Source: Escherichia coli (lineage in GTDB: Bacteria > Pseudomonadota > Gammaproteobacteria > Enterobacterales > Enterobacteriaceae). Taken from it: a stretch of DNA of 64,000 nt. Under the pieces are notes generated by a model. The model was not told where the DNA came from. It ran no database searches and saw nothing but the letters and a program-made list of their open reading frames with translations. The position numbers and the translations under genes are program-made. Where the stretch lies: the NCBI RefSeq assembly GCF_003334785.1, contig NZ_QOWV01000007.1. One strand, written 5' to 3'. The stretch's first letter is position 1. The number at the start of each line of letters is the position of its first letter. Shown here one piece after another: positions 1 through 12,227 of this stretch.

Positions 1-29
1 ACGACCTGAGTTTTGATTTCAGTACTCAT
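1..29 (-). CDS. lpd: dihydrolipoyl dehydrogenase (E3), 5' end only; gene continues beyond window start
   Basis: Reverse complement of 1-29 reads ATG AGT ACT GAA ATC AAA ACT CAG GTC G = MSTEIKTQV, the Lpd N-terminus as I recall it; GGAG SD-like motif just upstream on the minus strand; lies ~320 bp downstream of aceF as expected for aceEF-lpd. Confidence 0.7.
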
Positions 30-353
30 CATGACCTCTATATATTTATCTCCGGCGGTCATACCCGTCGTCTTTCAGGCCGCAGCGGCGTTAGCTTCAC
101 GCCCTCACCCCAGTCACTTACTTATGTAAGCTCCTGGGGATTCTGGCGCTTGCTACCTTGCTGCACCCAGAAATCCATAGGGTATGTGAAGTAATACCCT
201 AACCACCACCGGGTCGTTCTATCCGTCGGTATTTTACAAAATTGTTAACAATTTTTAAACAACAAACGGCAACCGATTTGTCTATTCGCTAATAACCTCA
301 ATACATTCATGAGATTACCAGAAAAAAGCCGGCCGTTGGGCCGGCTCTTTTAC

Positions 354-2246
354 TTACATCACCAGACGGCGAATGTCAGACAGCGTGTTGTTAATGATGG
401 TAATGAAACGGGCACCATCAGCACCGTCGATCACGCGGTGGTCGAAGGAGAGAGAAATCGGCAGCATCAGACGCGGCACGAACTCTTTACCATTCCACAC
501 CGGCTCCATCGCGGACTTGGAAACGCCGAGGATAGCCACTTCCGGCGCGTTCACAATCGGCGCGAAGTGGGTAGTACCCAGGCCGCCGATGCTGGAGATG
601 GTGAAGCAACCGCCCTGCATTTCGCCCGCAGTCAGCTTACCGTCACGCGCTTTCTTAGAAATAGTCATCAGCTCGCGAGACAGCTCGATGATGCCTTTCT
701 TGTTGACGTCTTTGAATACCGGAACAACCAGACCGTTCGGGGTATCCACCGCCACACCGATGTTGATGTATTTCTTCAGGGTCAGACGCTGACCGTCTTC
801 CGACAGCGAACTATTGAAGCGAGGCATCTGCTCAAGAGCTGCAGCAACGGCTTTCATGATGAAGACAACCGGGGTGATCTTCACATCCAGCTTACGTTTC
901 GCCGCTTCTTCGTTCTGCTGTTTACGGAACGCTTCCAACTCGGTGATATCGGTTTTGTCGAAGTGAGTAACATGCGGGATCATTACCCAGTTACGGCTCA
1001 GGTTCGCACCAGAGATTTTCTGGATGCGGCCCAGTTCCACTTCTTCGATTTCACCAAACTTGCTGAAGTCCACCTTCGGCCACGGCAGCATGCCAGGGAT
1101 ACCACCGCCAGTCGCTGCCGGAGCTGCTTCTGCACGTTTGATAGCTTCTTTCACGTAAGCCTGAACGTCTTCGCGCAGGATACGACCTTTACGGCCAGTG
1201 CCCTTCACTTTCGCAAGGTTAACACCAAACTCGCGTGCCAGACGGCGGATCAGCGGAGTCGCGTGAACATAAGCGTCGTTTTCAGCAAATTCAGATTTGC
1301 CTTCCGCTTTCGCAGCTGGTGCTGCTGCCGGGGCTTCAGCTTTTGCTGCCGGTGCCGGCGCTGCCGCTTCCTGTTTCGCAGGAGCTGCCGCAGGCGCTGC
1401 GCCTTCAACTTCGAAGATCATAATCAGCGAGCCAGTTTTCACTTTATCGCCAACGTTGACTTTCAGTTCCTTCACGACGCCTGCAAACGGCGCCGGAACT
1501 TCCATAGAAGCTTTGTCGCCTTCTACGGTGATCAGTGACTGTTCAGCGGCAACTTTGTCGCCCACTTTCACCATCACTTCAGTCACTTCAACTTCGTCAC
1601 CGCCGATATCCGGAACGTTAACTTCTTTCACGCCAGCCGCTGGTGCAGGGGCCGCTGCCGGAGCTGCTTCCTGTTTAGCGGCCGGAGCTGCCGCGCCTGC
1701 TTCACCCGCGACTTCGAAGACCATAATCAGCGAGCCGGTAGACACTTTATCACCCACGTTCACTTTGATCTCTTTCACGGTGCCAGCAAACGGAGCCGGA
1801 ACTTCCATAGAAGCCTTGTCGCCTTCTACGGTGATCAGCGACTGTTCAGCTTCAACTTTATCGCCAACTTTCACCAGGATTTCGGTCACTTCAACTTCGT
1901 CGCTGCCGATATCCGGAACGTTAACGTCTTTTGCCGCCGCAGCCGCTGGTGCTGCTGCCGGAGCTGCTTCTTTCTTCTCTTCTGCCTGAGCAGGTGCAGC
2001 GTCTGCTGCACCGTCGGCGGAATCGAAAATCATAATCAGTGCGCCGGTCTGGGTTTTATCGCCAACAGAGACTTTGATCTCTTTAACGATACCCGCCTGC
2101 GGAGACGGAACTTCCATAGAGGCTTTGTCGCCTTCTACGGTGATCAGCGACTGTTCGGCTTCAACTTTGTCGCCCACTTTGACCAGGATCTCGGTGATTT
2201 CAACTTCATCAGCCCCGATGTCCGGTACTTTGATTTCGATAGCCAT
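354..2246 (-). CDS. aceF: pyruvate dehydrogenase E2, dihydrolipoamide acetyltransferase
   Basis: 630-aa ORF; three tandem lipoyl domains (repeated ...[40 protein letters not shown]...) separated by Ala/Pro-rich linkers, then the catalytic domain with DHRVIDGA motif. Confidence 0.97.
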
Positions 2247-2260
2247 TATTCTTTTACCTC

Positions 2261-4924
2261 TTACGCCAGACGCGGGTTAACTTTATCTGCATCGATGTTG
2301 AATTTGGCGATTGCGTCAGCAACCACTTTCTTATCGATTTCGCCACGTTTAGCCAGTTCGCCCAGCGCCGCAACCACGACATAAGAAGCATCAACTTCGA
2401 AGTGGTGACGCAGGTTCTCACGGCTGTCGGAACGACCGAAGCCATCAGTACCCAGTACGCGGTAGTCGTCAGCCGGTACGTAAGTACGGACCTGCTCAGC
2501 GAACAGTTTCATATAGTCGGTAGATGCCACTGCCGGAGCGTCGTTCATCACCTGAGCGATATACGGAACGCGCGGAGTTTCCAGCGGGTGCAGCATGTTC
2601 CAGCGTTCACAATCCTGACCATCACGCGCCAGCTCGGTGAAGGAGGTCACGCTATAAACGTCAGAACCTACGCCGTAATCTTTCGCCAGGATCTCAGCTG
2701 CTTCACGGACGTGACGCAGGATAGAACCGGAGCCGAGCAGCTGAACTTTACCTTTGCTACCTTCAATAGTTTCGAGTTTGTAGATACCTTTACGGATACC
2801 TTCCTCAGCACCTTCCGGCATTGCCGGCATGTGGTAGTTTTCGTTCAGCGTAGTGATGTAGTAGTAAACGTTCTCTTGTTTTTCACCGTACATACGCTCC
2901 AGACCGTCATGCATGATGACAGCAACTTCGTAAGCGTAAGCCGGGTCGTAAGAGATACAGTTCGGGATAGTCAGCGACTGAATGTGGCTGTGACCATCTT
3001 CGTGCTGCAGACCTTCGCCGTTCAGGGTGGTACGACCGGAAGTACCGCCGATCAGGAAGCCACGCGCTTGCTGGTCGCCAGCCGCCCAGCACAGATCGCC
3101 AATACGCTGGAAGCCGAACATCGAGTAATAGATGTAGAACGGGATCATCGGCAGATTGTTGGTGCTGTAAGAGGTCGCCGCTGCCAGCCAGGAACAACCT
3201 GCGCCCAGCTCGTTGATCCCTTCCTGCAGAATCTGACCTTTCTCGTCTTCTTTATAGTAAGCAACCTGCTCGCGGTCCTGCGGGGTGTACTGCTGACCGT
3301 TCGGGCTGTAAATACCAATCTGACGGAACAGACCTTCCATACCGAAAGTACGCGCTTCGTCGGCGATGATCGGTACCAGACGATCTTTGATCGACTTGTT
3401 CTTCAGCATCACGTTCAGAGCACGAACGAAAGCGATAGTGGTAGAGATCTCTTTGCTCTGCTCTTCCAACAGCGCGCCGAAGTCTTGCAGGCTCGGCAGC
3501 TCAAGCTTCTCGGTGAAGTTCGGCTGACGGCTTGGCAGATAACCGTGCAGTTTCTGACGCTGAGCGTGCAGATAGGTATGCTCTTCAGAACCTTCCGGGA
3601 AGGTGATGTACGGCAGTTTTTCGATATCTGCATCAGACACCGGCACATTGAAACGGTCGCGGATATGACGCACACCGTCCATGTTCATTTTCTTAACCTG
3701 GTGCGCGATGTTTTTACCTTCAGCCGCGTCGCCCATGCCGTAACCTTTAATGGTATGAGCAAGGATTACTGTCGCTTTGCCTTTGGTTTCCTGCGCTTTC
3801 TTGAATGCAGCGTAGATTTTCTTCGGATCGTGACCACCACGGTTCAGTGCCCAGATCTGCTCGTCAGTCCAGTCTGCAACCAGTGCTGCGGTTTCAGGAT
3901 ATTTACCGAAGAAGTGTTCACGAACGTACGCACCATCTTTCGATTTGAAGGTCTGGTAGTCGCCGTCAACGGTTTCGTTCATCAGCTGGATCAGTTTACC
4001 GCTGGTATCCTTACGCAGCAGTTCATCCCAACGGCTACCCCACATCACTTTGATCACGTTCCAGCCAGCACCTTCGAAGATGCCTTCCAGTTCGTTGATG
4101 ATCTTGCCGTTACCGGTGACCGGGCCGTCAAGACGCTGCAGGTTACAGTTGATAACGAAGACCAGGTTATCCAGTTTTTCACGGGTAGCGATGGTGATCG
4201 CACCTTTGGATTCCGGTTCGTCCATTTCACCGTCACCGAGGAACGCGTAAACGGTTTGTTTAGAGGTATCTTTCAGGCCACGGTGTTCCAGATATTTCAG
4301 GAATTTAGCCTGGTAAATAGCACCAATCGGACCCAGACCCATAGATACGGTCGGGAACTGCCAGAATTCCGGCATCAGTTTCGGGTGCGGATAGGAAGAG
4401 AGGCCATTGCCGTGAACTTCCTGACGGAAGTTATCCAGCTGCTCCTGAGTCAGACGACCTTCCAGGAAAGCACGAGCGTACACGCCCGGGGAGATGTGGC
4501 CCTGGAAGTAAACCAGGTCGCCGCCATCCTGCTCGTTGCGTGCACGGAAGAAGTGGTTAAAGCACACATCATAAATGGTTGCGGAAGACTGGAAGGACGC
4601 CATATGGCCGCCCAGTTCGAGGTCTTTTTTCGACGCACGCAGCACCGTCATGATGGCGTTCCAGCGGATAGCTGAACGAATACGGCGTTCCAGTTCCAGA
4701 TTACCCGGATACTCCGGTTGTTCTTCAACGGGGATGGTGTTGATGTAGTTGCTGATACCTGTGCCTGCGGCTACGTTTACACCGCCTTTGCGGGCTTCAG
4801 CAAGCAGTTGGTCGATCAGATACTGAGCACGCTCAACACCTTCTTCACGGATGACCGATTCGATCGCCTGGAGCCAGTCGCGAGTTTCGATCGGATCCAC
4901 GTCATTTGGGAAACGTTCTGACAT
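2261..4924 (-). CDS. aceE: pyruvate dehydrogenase E1 component
   Basis: 887-aa ORF starting [29 protein letters not shown]; 14 bp upstream of aceF on the same strand. Confidence 0.97.
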
Positions 4925-5084
4925 GGGTTATTCCTTATCTATCTAATAACGTTGAGTTTTCTGGAACCTGTCCCATTGAACTCTCGCCGGAAAGCTCAAT
5001 AAGACAGGTTCTACGTTTAGTTGCCGCGCTTTTATATGCGCTTGATTTACAACATCTTCTGGATAATTTTTACCAGAAAAATCA

Positions 5085-5849
5085 CTAATTCTTTCGTTGC
5101 TCCAGACGACGCAGAGAACGCTCACGGCGGCTCTCTTCACGACTTCTGTCGAGCAAAATTTCTTCGATAAAGGCCAGATGGCGATGCGATGCTTCGCGCG
5201 CTTCTTCCGGCTTACCGGCCATAATCGCTTCAAATATGCGGGTGCGGTGACTACTCACCAGCGGCAGCATCTCGCGACGCGAATAGAGCAATTCGAAGTT
5301 CTGGCGGACATTCTGGGCCAACATCGGCTCCATACACCTTAGCAGATGAAGCAGAACCACATTGTGGGCCGCTTCGGTGACGGCAATCTGATACTGGAGT
5401 ACGGCGTTTGATTCCGCGTCCAGATCGCCAGACTGCTGCGCCAGCTCTATGGCGTGGTGGAGTTCACGGATGCGTTCCTTGTCTTCATCGGTACTACGCA
5501 GCGCGGCGTAATAAGCGGCGATACCTTCCAGGGCGTGTCGTGTTTCGAGCAAGTCATACTGTGACTCAGGATGGTCGGAGAGCAGCTCCACCAGCGGATC
5601 GCTGAAGCTTTGCCATAGGCTGCTCTGGACAAAAGTGCCGCCACCCTGGCGACGAAGCAACAAGCCCTTCGCTTCGAGACGTTGAATCGCCTCACGCAAG
5701 GAGGGACGGGAGACGTCAAACTGTTTTGCCAGTTCGCGTTCCGGTGGGAGTTTTTCGCCCGGGCGGAGAGTGCCTTCGAGGATCAAAAACTCCAGTTGCT
5801 GCTCAATCACATCGGAGAGTTTTGGTTGGCGGATTTTGCTGTAGGCCAT
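5085..5849 (-). CDS. pdhR: GntR-family pyruvate-responsive repressor of the pdh operon
   Basis: ORF track gives 265 aa from an upstream in-frame ATG; the known N-terminus [17 protein letters not shown] begins at the ATG at 5847-5849 (254 aa); winged-HTH then FCD-type domain. Confidence 0.93.
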
Positions 5850-5880
5850 GAGTTCCTGTCTTAAGCCACTTGCCGAAGTC

Positions 5881-5897
5881 AATTGGTCTTACCAATT
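5881..5897. promoter_or_regulatory. PdhR operator (perfect palindrome AATTGGT-CTT-ACCAATT) in the pdhR promoter region
   Basis: 17-bp inverted repeat read directly at 5881-5897, ~30 bp upstream of the pdhR start; matches the ATTGGTnnnACCAAT-type PdhR box. Confidence 0.7.
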
Positions 5898-6301
5898 TCA
5901 TGTCTGTGACGCTAAAGTAACAAAGTATTCACCTTATGTCCATACAGGTTTTGATTGAAATCATGAAACTGTGCACATTTTAACAACTTGACATATATAA
6001 CGTTTCAAAGTTGTAACTATGCACAAATGTAGACTTTACGTAGGAAAGGAGTTTTTTAACGATTATTAAACTATAAAAATCCGAATTGAACCGATTCACT
6101 TACCAATTTTGTGATTTTTAATTCAATTAAAACGAATTTAAATTCATTCTACATATTGAGAGGGGTTGAGGCTGAGCTTTACAAACGGTTTCTTTTTAAG
6201 CAACTCATCTTCAACCATGCATAAAGCGGGTGCATTCGCTGCCGCATACCATTATTCTTGATCTGACGGAAGTCTTTTTGTAACAATTCAAACTTCTTTG
6301 A

Positions 6302-6319
6302 TGTAAACAAATTAATACA
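6302..6319. promoter_or_regulatory. candidate TyrR box (TGTAAA-N6-AATACA) upstream of aroP
   Basis: TGTAAACAAATTAATACA matches the TyrR box consensus TGTAAA-N6-TTTACA at 10 of 12 positions; ~70 bp upstream of the aroP start; aroP is a known TyrR target. Confidence 0.4.
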
Positions 6320-6389
6320 ACAAACGGAATTGCAAACTTACACACGCATCACTGCGTAGATCAAAAAAACAACCACCGCACGAGGTTTC

Positions 6390-7763
6390 ATGATGGAAGG
6401 TCAACAGCACGGCGAGCAGCTAAAGCGCGGCCTTAAAAACCGCCATATTCAGCTTATCGCGCTGGGTGGCGCGATAGGGACCGGGTTATTCCTGGGTAGC
6501 GCCTCCGTAATACAGTCCGCAGGGCCAGGGATTATCCTGGGTTACGCCATTGCTGGTTTTATCGCCTTTCTGATCATGCGTCAGCTGGGTGAAATGGTGG
6601 TCGAAGAACCTGTCGCAGGCTCCTTTAGCCACTTTGCTTATAAATACTGGGGCAGTTTTGCCGGTTTCGCCTCTGGCTGGAACTACTGGGTACTGTACGT
6701 TTTAGTTGCCATGGCTGAGCTGACTGCCGTGGGTAAATACATTCAGTTCTGGTATCCGGAAATCCCCACCTGGGTTTCTGCCGCCGTATTCTTTGTGGTG
6801 ATTAACGCCATCAACCTGACCAACGTTAAAGTGTTTGGCGAGATGGAGTTCTGGTTTGCCATTATCAAAGTTATCGCGGTGGTAGCGATGATCATCTTCG
6901 GCGGCTGGCTGCTATTCAGTGGCAACGGCGGCCCGCAGGCGACCGTTAGCAACCTGTGGGATCAGGGTGGTTTCCTGCCGCACGGCTTCACCGGGCTGGT
7001 GATGATGATGGCGATTATCATGTTCTCGTTCGGTGGTCTGGAACTGGTGGGGATCACCGCAGCAGAAGCTGATAACCCGGAGCAAAGTATACCGAAAGCA
7101 ACTAACCAGGTTATCTACCGCATCCTGATTTTCTATATTGGTTCGTTAGCCGTTCTGCTCTCACTGATGCCGTGGACCCGCGTTACCGCCGATACCAGTC
7201 CGTTTGTGCTGATCTTCCACGAGTTAGGCGATACCTTTGTGGCGAATGCGCTGAACATCGTGGTACTGACTGCGGCGCTCTCCGTGTACAACAGCTGCGT
7301 ATATTGCAACAGCCGTATGCTGTTTGGTCTGGCACAACAGGGTAATGCGCCAAAAGCGCTGGCGTCTGTCGATAAACGTGGTGTACCAGTAAATACCATT
7401 CTGGTGTCTGCACTGGTAACGGCGTTGTGCGTACTGATTAACTACCTTGCCCCAGAGTCCGCTTTCGGACTGTTAATGGCGCTGGTGGTATCTGCACTGG
7501 TAATCAACTGGGCGATGATTAGCCTGGCGCATATGAAATTCCGTCGCGCCAAGCAGGAACAAGGCGTGGTAACTCGCTTCCCTGCTCTGCTTTATCCGCT
7601 GGGTAACTGGATCTGCCTGCTGTTTATGGCGGCGGTACTGGTGATTATGCTGATGACCCCAGGAATGGCGATTTCGGTATACCTGATCCCGGTATGGCTG
7701 ATCGTGTTAGGTATCGGCTATCTGTTTAAAGAGAAAACCGCCAAAGCCGTAAAAGCGCATTAA
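6390..7763 (+). CDS. aroP: aromatic amino acid:H+ symporter (APC family permease)
   Basis: 457-aa ORF MMEGQQHGEQLKRGLKNRHIQLIALGGAIGTGLF...; polytopic membrane protein; divergent from pdhR. Confidence 0.96.
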   Translation: MMEGQQHGEQLKRGLKNRHIQLIALGGAIGTGLFLGSASVIQSAGPGIILGYAIAGFIAFLIMRQLGEMVVEEPVAGSFSHFAYKYWGSFAGFASGWNYWVLYVLVAMAELTAVGKYIQFWYPEIPTWVSAAVFFVVINAINLTNVKVFGEMEFWFAIIKVIAVVAMIIFGGWLLFSGNGGPQATVSNLWDQGGFLPHGFTGLVMMMAIIMFSFGGLELVGITAAEADNPEQSIPKATNQVIYRILIFYIGSLAVLLSLMPWTRVTADTSPFVLIFHELGDTFVANALNIVVLTAALSVYNSCVYCNSRMLFGLAQQGNAPKALASVDKRGVPVNTILVSALVTALCVLINYLAPESAFGLLMALVVSALVINWAMISLAHMKFRRAKQEQGVVTRFPALLYPLGNWICLLFMAAVLVIMLMTPGMAISVYLIPVWLIVLGIGYLFKEKTAKAVKAH

Positions 7764-7772
7764 TCTCTCTAC

Positions 7773-7797
7773 GCCCTCACCCGTACAGGGTGAGGGC
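7773..7797. terminator. perfect 10-bp-stem hairpin between convergent aroP and ampE (putative bidirectional terminator)
   Basis: GCCCTCACCC-GTACA-GGGTGAGGGC read directly; sits in the 42-bp spacer between two convergent stop codons; no strong U-tract on either side. Confidence 0.5.
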
Positions 7798-7805
7798 AAT
7801 AATCT

Positions 7806-8660
7806 TTACACCAACGCCCCGTAAATCGTCAGTAGTGCAATCACCACCACGACTACGAACGAGGTTTTCTTCGCCATTGAAACCGCTGCCTTCGGCGTCT
7901 CCACCTTATCGACATGCGGTTCACGCGCCAGAGAGAACTGCGCCAGACGCGTTAACACCTGATACTGCGAAGTATGGAAATCACCCAGCGAAGCAAACCA
8001 GGCCGGTAACGCTTTCTCACCATGACCGATCAAGGCATATACCACACCCGCAAGACGAACCGGCACCCAATCCAGTACATGAAGCACGGCATCAATGCCG
8101 GACTGTAAACGATGATGCGGCGTCTGATATCGCGCCAGCCAGTATTGCCATGCACGCAAAAACGCATACCCCATCAGCGTAACGGGTCCCCAGGTTCCCC
8201 CCACAATCAGCCAGAACAGCGGTGCAAGATAAAAACGAAAGTTAATCCACAGCAATGCATTTTGCAGCTCACGCAAATACTCACGTTCGTCGCAGCCTGC
8301 CGGGACGCCGTGAATCATGGTGAGTTCGCCAGCCATCGTGGCACGGGCATGGCTATCATTACGTGAAGCAGCTGTCAGATAAGCATGATAATGAAGACGA
8401 ACTTTACCTGCGCCAATACACAGCAAACCAATCAGCAGCCACACCAGTAGCGTGGGAACGTTGAACAATACTCCCTGCAATGCGCGTAACAGTAAAAAAG
8501 TCACGCCCATCGCAATAATGGTCATGCCTAACGTGCGCCCGAGAGAAAAATGTTTCACCCGCCGAAAGAACGCTTCAAGACGATGATCAAGCTGCCAGTG
8601 CTCGCCCAACTTAAACAGGCGCTCGAAAATTAACACCAGTAAGGTTGTAAATAGCGTCAT
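7806..8660 (-). CDS. ampE: inner-membrane protein AmpE
   Basis: ORF track 297 aa; known N-terminus [16 protein letters not shown] begins at ATG 8658-8660 (284 aa); start overlaps ampD stop as ATGA. Confidence 0.93.
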
Positions 8661-9208
8661 GTTGTCTCCTTGCTGACCAGCACACGAAACCGTGCCCAAT
8701 CAAATGCAGGACCGGGATCGGTTTTCCGATCCGGCGCAATATCACAATGGCCCGTCATGTTTTTAGCGATATCCGGATAGCAATCAATCAGTGCCCGCGT
8801 AACCGCCGCAAGCTGTTGATACTGCGCATCGGTATACGCCAGCGTATCGGTGCCTTCAAGCTCAATCCCAATAGAAAAATCATTGCAGCGTTCGCGCCCC
8901 TGATACTGAGAGACTCCCGCATGCCATGCACGTTTATCGAAAGGAACATACTGGACTATTTCACCATCACGGCGAATCAAACAGTGAGCGGAGACGCGCA
9001 AATGGGCGATCTCAGCAAAGAAAGGATGTGCCTGCGGATCAATAGTTCCAGTGAATAATGCGTCGATCCACGGACCGCCAAACTCGCCTGGCGGCAGGCT
9101 AATATTGTGCACCACCAGCAGGGTGGGTGTTTCGTCATCCGGGCGGCAATCGTAATGTGGTGAGGGAACGCGGCGCGCGCCAACCAGCCACCCCTGTTCT
9201 AACAACAT
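8657..9208 (-). CDS. ampD: 1,6-anhydro-N-acetylmuramyl-L-alanine amidase
   Basis: 183-aa [42 protein letters not shown]...; amidase_2 family. Confidence 0.96.
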
Positions 9209-9235
9209 GCAGGATCTCCTTATATGTGGTGCTAA

Positions 9236-10189
<954 letters not shown>

Positions 10190-10391
10190 TAGTTGACAGA
10201 TTTATCCGCTCCATCGCGGGCGGATAATCTCCCCTTCCCCAACTTTCTTCGTAACGCCTCGCAAATTTCTTGTCTTTCGCTGCAACGAAATAAAAAACCT
10301 CGGAATCTGCTTTCCCGTTTCGTTTTTTGCCCCTCGCCTGTGCTGATGGCGTTTGCCAAAGTAGCGCCAACCAAATCAAGGAGCGAAACAG

Positions 10392-10832
10392 ATGGACAAG
10401 CAACGCGGTTTTACACTTATCGAACTGATGGTGGTTATTGGCATCATTGCCATTTTAAGCGCCATTGGTATTCCCGCTTATCAAAACTACCTGCGCAAAG
10501 CCGCACTCACCGACATGCTACAAACCTTTGTGCCTTACCGTACCGCCGTAGAGTTGTGCGCGCTGGAACATGGTGGATTAGATACCTGCGACGGTGGCAG
10601 CAATGGCATTCCCTCGCCTACCACCACCCGCTATGTTTCAGCCATGAGTGTGGCAAAGGGCGTGGTGTCGCTGACCGGGCAAGAAAGTCTCAATGGGCTA
10701 AGCGTCGTCATGACACCGGGTTGGGATAACGCAAACGGCGTCACCGGCTGGACGCGCAACTGCAATATTCAAAGTGACAGCGCATTGCAGCAAGCCTGCG
10801 AAGATGTCTTCCGCTTTGATGACGCCAACTAA
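10392..10832 (+). CDS. ppdD: type IV prepilin-like major pilin
   Basis: 146 aa; N-terminus MDKQRGFTLIELMVVIGIIAILSAIGIPAYQNY is a classic type IVa prepilin leader with G-F cleavage site and hydrophobic alpha-1 helix. Confidence 0.95.
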   Translation: MDKQRGFTLIELMVVIGIIAILSAIGIPAYQNYLRKAALTDMLQTFVPYRTAVELCALEHGGLDTCDGGSNGIPSPTTTRYVSAMSVAKGVVSLTGQESLNGLSVVMTPGWDNANGVTGWTRNCNIQSDSALQQACEDVFRFDDAN

Positions 10833-10841
10833 GGAGCGGCA

Positions 10842-12227
10842 ATGAATATTCCACAGCTCACTGCCCTGTGTCTGCGTTATCATGGAGTCTTGCTGGATGC
10901 CAGCGAAGAGGTGGTTCATGTTGCGGTAGTCGATGCACCTTCGCATGAGCTACTGGACGCATTGCATTTCGCTACCACCAAACGTATTGAGATCACCTGC
11001 TGGACGCGCCAACAAATGGAAGGTCACGCCAGTCGCACACAACAGACATTGCCCGTAGCTGTTCAGGAGAAGCATCAGCCCAAAGCAGAGTTGCTAACTC
11101 GAACGTTACAATCTGCGCTGGAACAACGCGCGTCTGATATTCATATCGAACCAGCGGACAATGCCTACCGCATCCGCTTGCGTATCGACGGCGTATTGCA
11201 TCCTTTACCGGATGTTTCACCGGATGCCGGAGTCGCATTAACCGCCAGATTAAAAGTGCTGGGAAACCTGGATATTGCGGAACATCGCCTGCCGCAGGAC
11301 GGGCAATTCACTGTCGAACTGGCAGGAAACGCCGTCTCATTTCGTATTGCGACCTTACCATGTCGGGGTGGTGAAAAGGTGGTATTAAGGTTGTTACAGC
11401 AGGTGGGTCAGGCACTGGATGTCAACACGCTTGGAATGCAGCCGTTACAACTGGCGGACTTTGCTCATGCCTTGCAACAACCACAGGGACTGGTGCTGGT
11501 AACTGGCCCTACCGGCAGCGGCAAAACGGTCACGCTTTATAGTGCCCTGCAAAAGCTGAATACCGCTGACATTAATATTTGTAGCGTCGAAGATCCAGTT
11601 GAGATCCCCATAGCCGGACTAAACCAGACGCAAATCCATCCGCGTGCCGGACTCACCTTTCAGGGCGTTTTGCGTGCGTTATTGCGCCAGGATCCTGACG
11701 TCATCATGATCGGAGAGATCCGCGATGGCGAAACAGCAGAGATCGCTATTAAAGCGGCGCAAACTGGTCACCTGGTGTTGTCTACCCTACACACTAATTC
11801 CACCTGCGAAACGCTGGTACGTTTACAGCAAATGGGGGTCGCCCGCTGGATGCTATCATCGGCGCTTACGCTGGTAATAGCCCAGCGTCTGGTACGCAAA
11901 CTTTGCCCACATTGTCGCCGGCAGCAAGGGGAGCCCATCCACATTCCAGACAATGTATGGCCATCGCCGCTGCCCCACTGGCAGGCACCCGGTTGTGTAC
12001 ATTGCTACCACGGTTTTTATGGTCGTACGGCCTTATTTGAAGTTCTGCCCATAACGCCGGTCATTCGTCAGCTTATTTCCGCTAATACCGACGTTGAATC
12101 GCTGGAAACGCACGCACGACAGGCGGGTATGCGTACGCTTTTTGAAAACGGCTGCCTGGCCGTAGAGCAAGGCTTAACCACCTTTGAAGAGTTAATCCGC
12201 GTACTGGGGATGCCGCATGGCGAGTAA
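10842..12227 (+). CDS. hofB: type IV pilus assembly ATPase (GspE/PilB family)
   Basis: 461 aa; Walker A LVTGPTGSGKT, tetracysteine motif CPHC...CVHC typical of GspE/PilB ATPases. Confidence 0.95.
   Translation: MNIPQLTALCLRYHGVLLDASEEVVHVAVVDAPSHELLDALHFATTKRIEITCWTRQQMEGHASRTQQTLPVAVQEKHQPKAELLTRTLQSALEQRASDIHIEPADNAYRIRLRIDGVLHPLPDVSPDAGVALTARLKVLGNLDIAEHRLPQDGQFTVELAGNAVSFRIATLPCRGGEKVVLRLLQQVGQALDVNTLGMQPLQLADFAHALQQPQGLVLVTGPTGSGKTVTLYSALQKLNTADINICSVEDPVEIPIAGLNQTQIHPRAGLTFQGVLRALLRQDPDVIMIGEIRDGETAEIAIKAAQTGHLVLSTLHTNSTCETLVRLQQMGVARWMLSSALTLVIAQRLVRKLCPHCRRQQGEPIHIPDNVWPSPLPHWQAPGCVHCYHGFYGRTALFEVLPITPVIRQLISANTDVESLETHARQAGMRTLFENGCLAVEQGLTTFEELIRVLGMPHGE

Noticed and set aside
309-1989. 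Plus-strand ORFs (409 aa, 139 aa, 230 aa Ala/Ser/Thr-rich) antisense to aceF
   Set aside because: These are antisense shadows of aceF. The Ala/Gly-rich 230-aa frame is the reverse complement of the Ala/Pro-rich lipoyl-domain linkers, and none has a plausible start context.
2402-4675. 757-aa ORF on the plus strand, antisense to aceE
   Set aside because: It lies entirely inside aceE on the opposite strand. Stop-free antisense frames are expected opposite strongly codon-biased genes that avoid TTA, CTA and TCA in frame. The translation is low-complexity, with no recognisable motifs and no ribosome-binding site.
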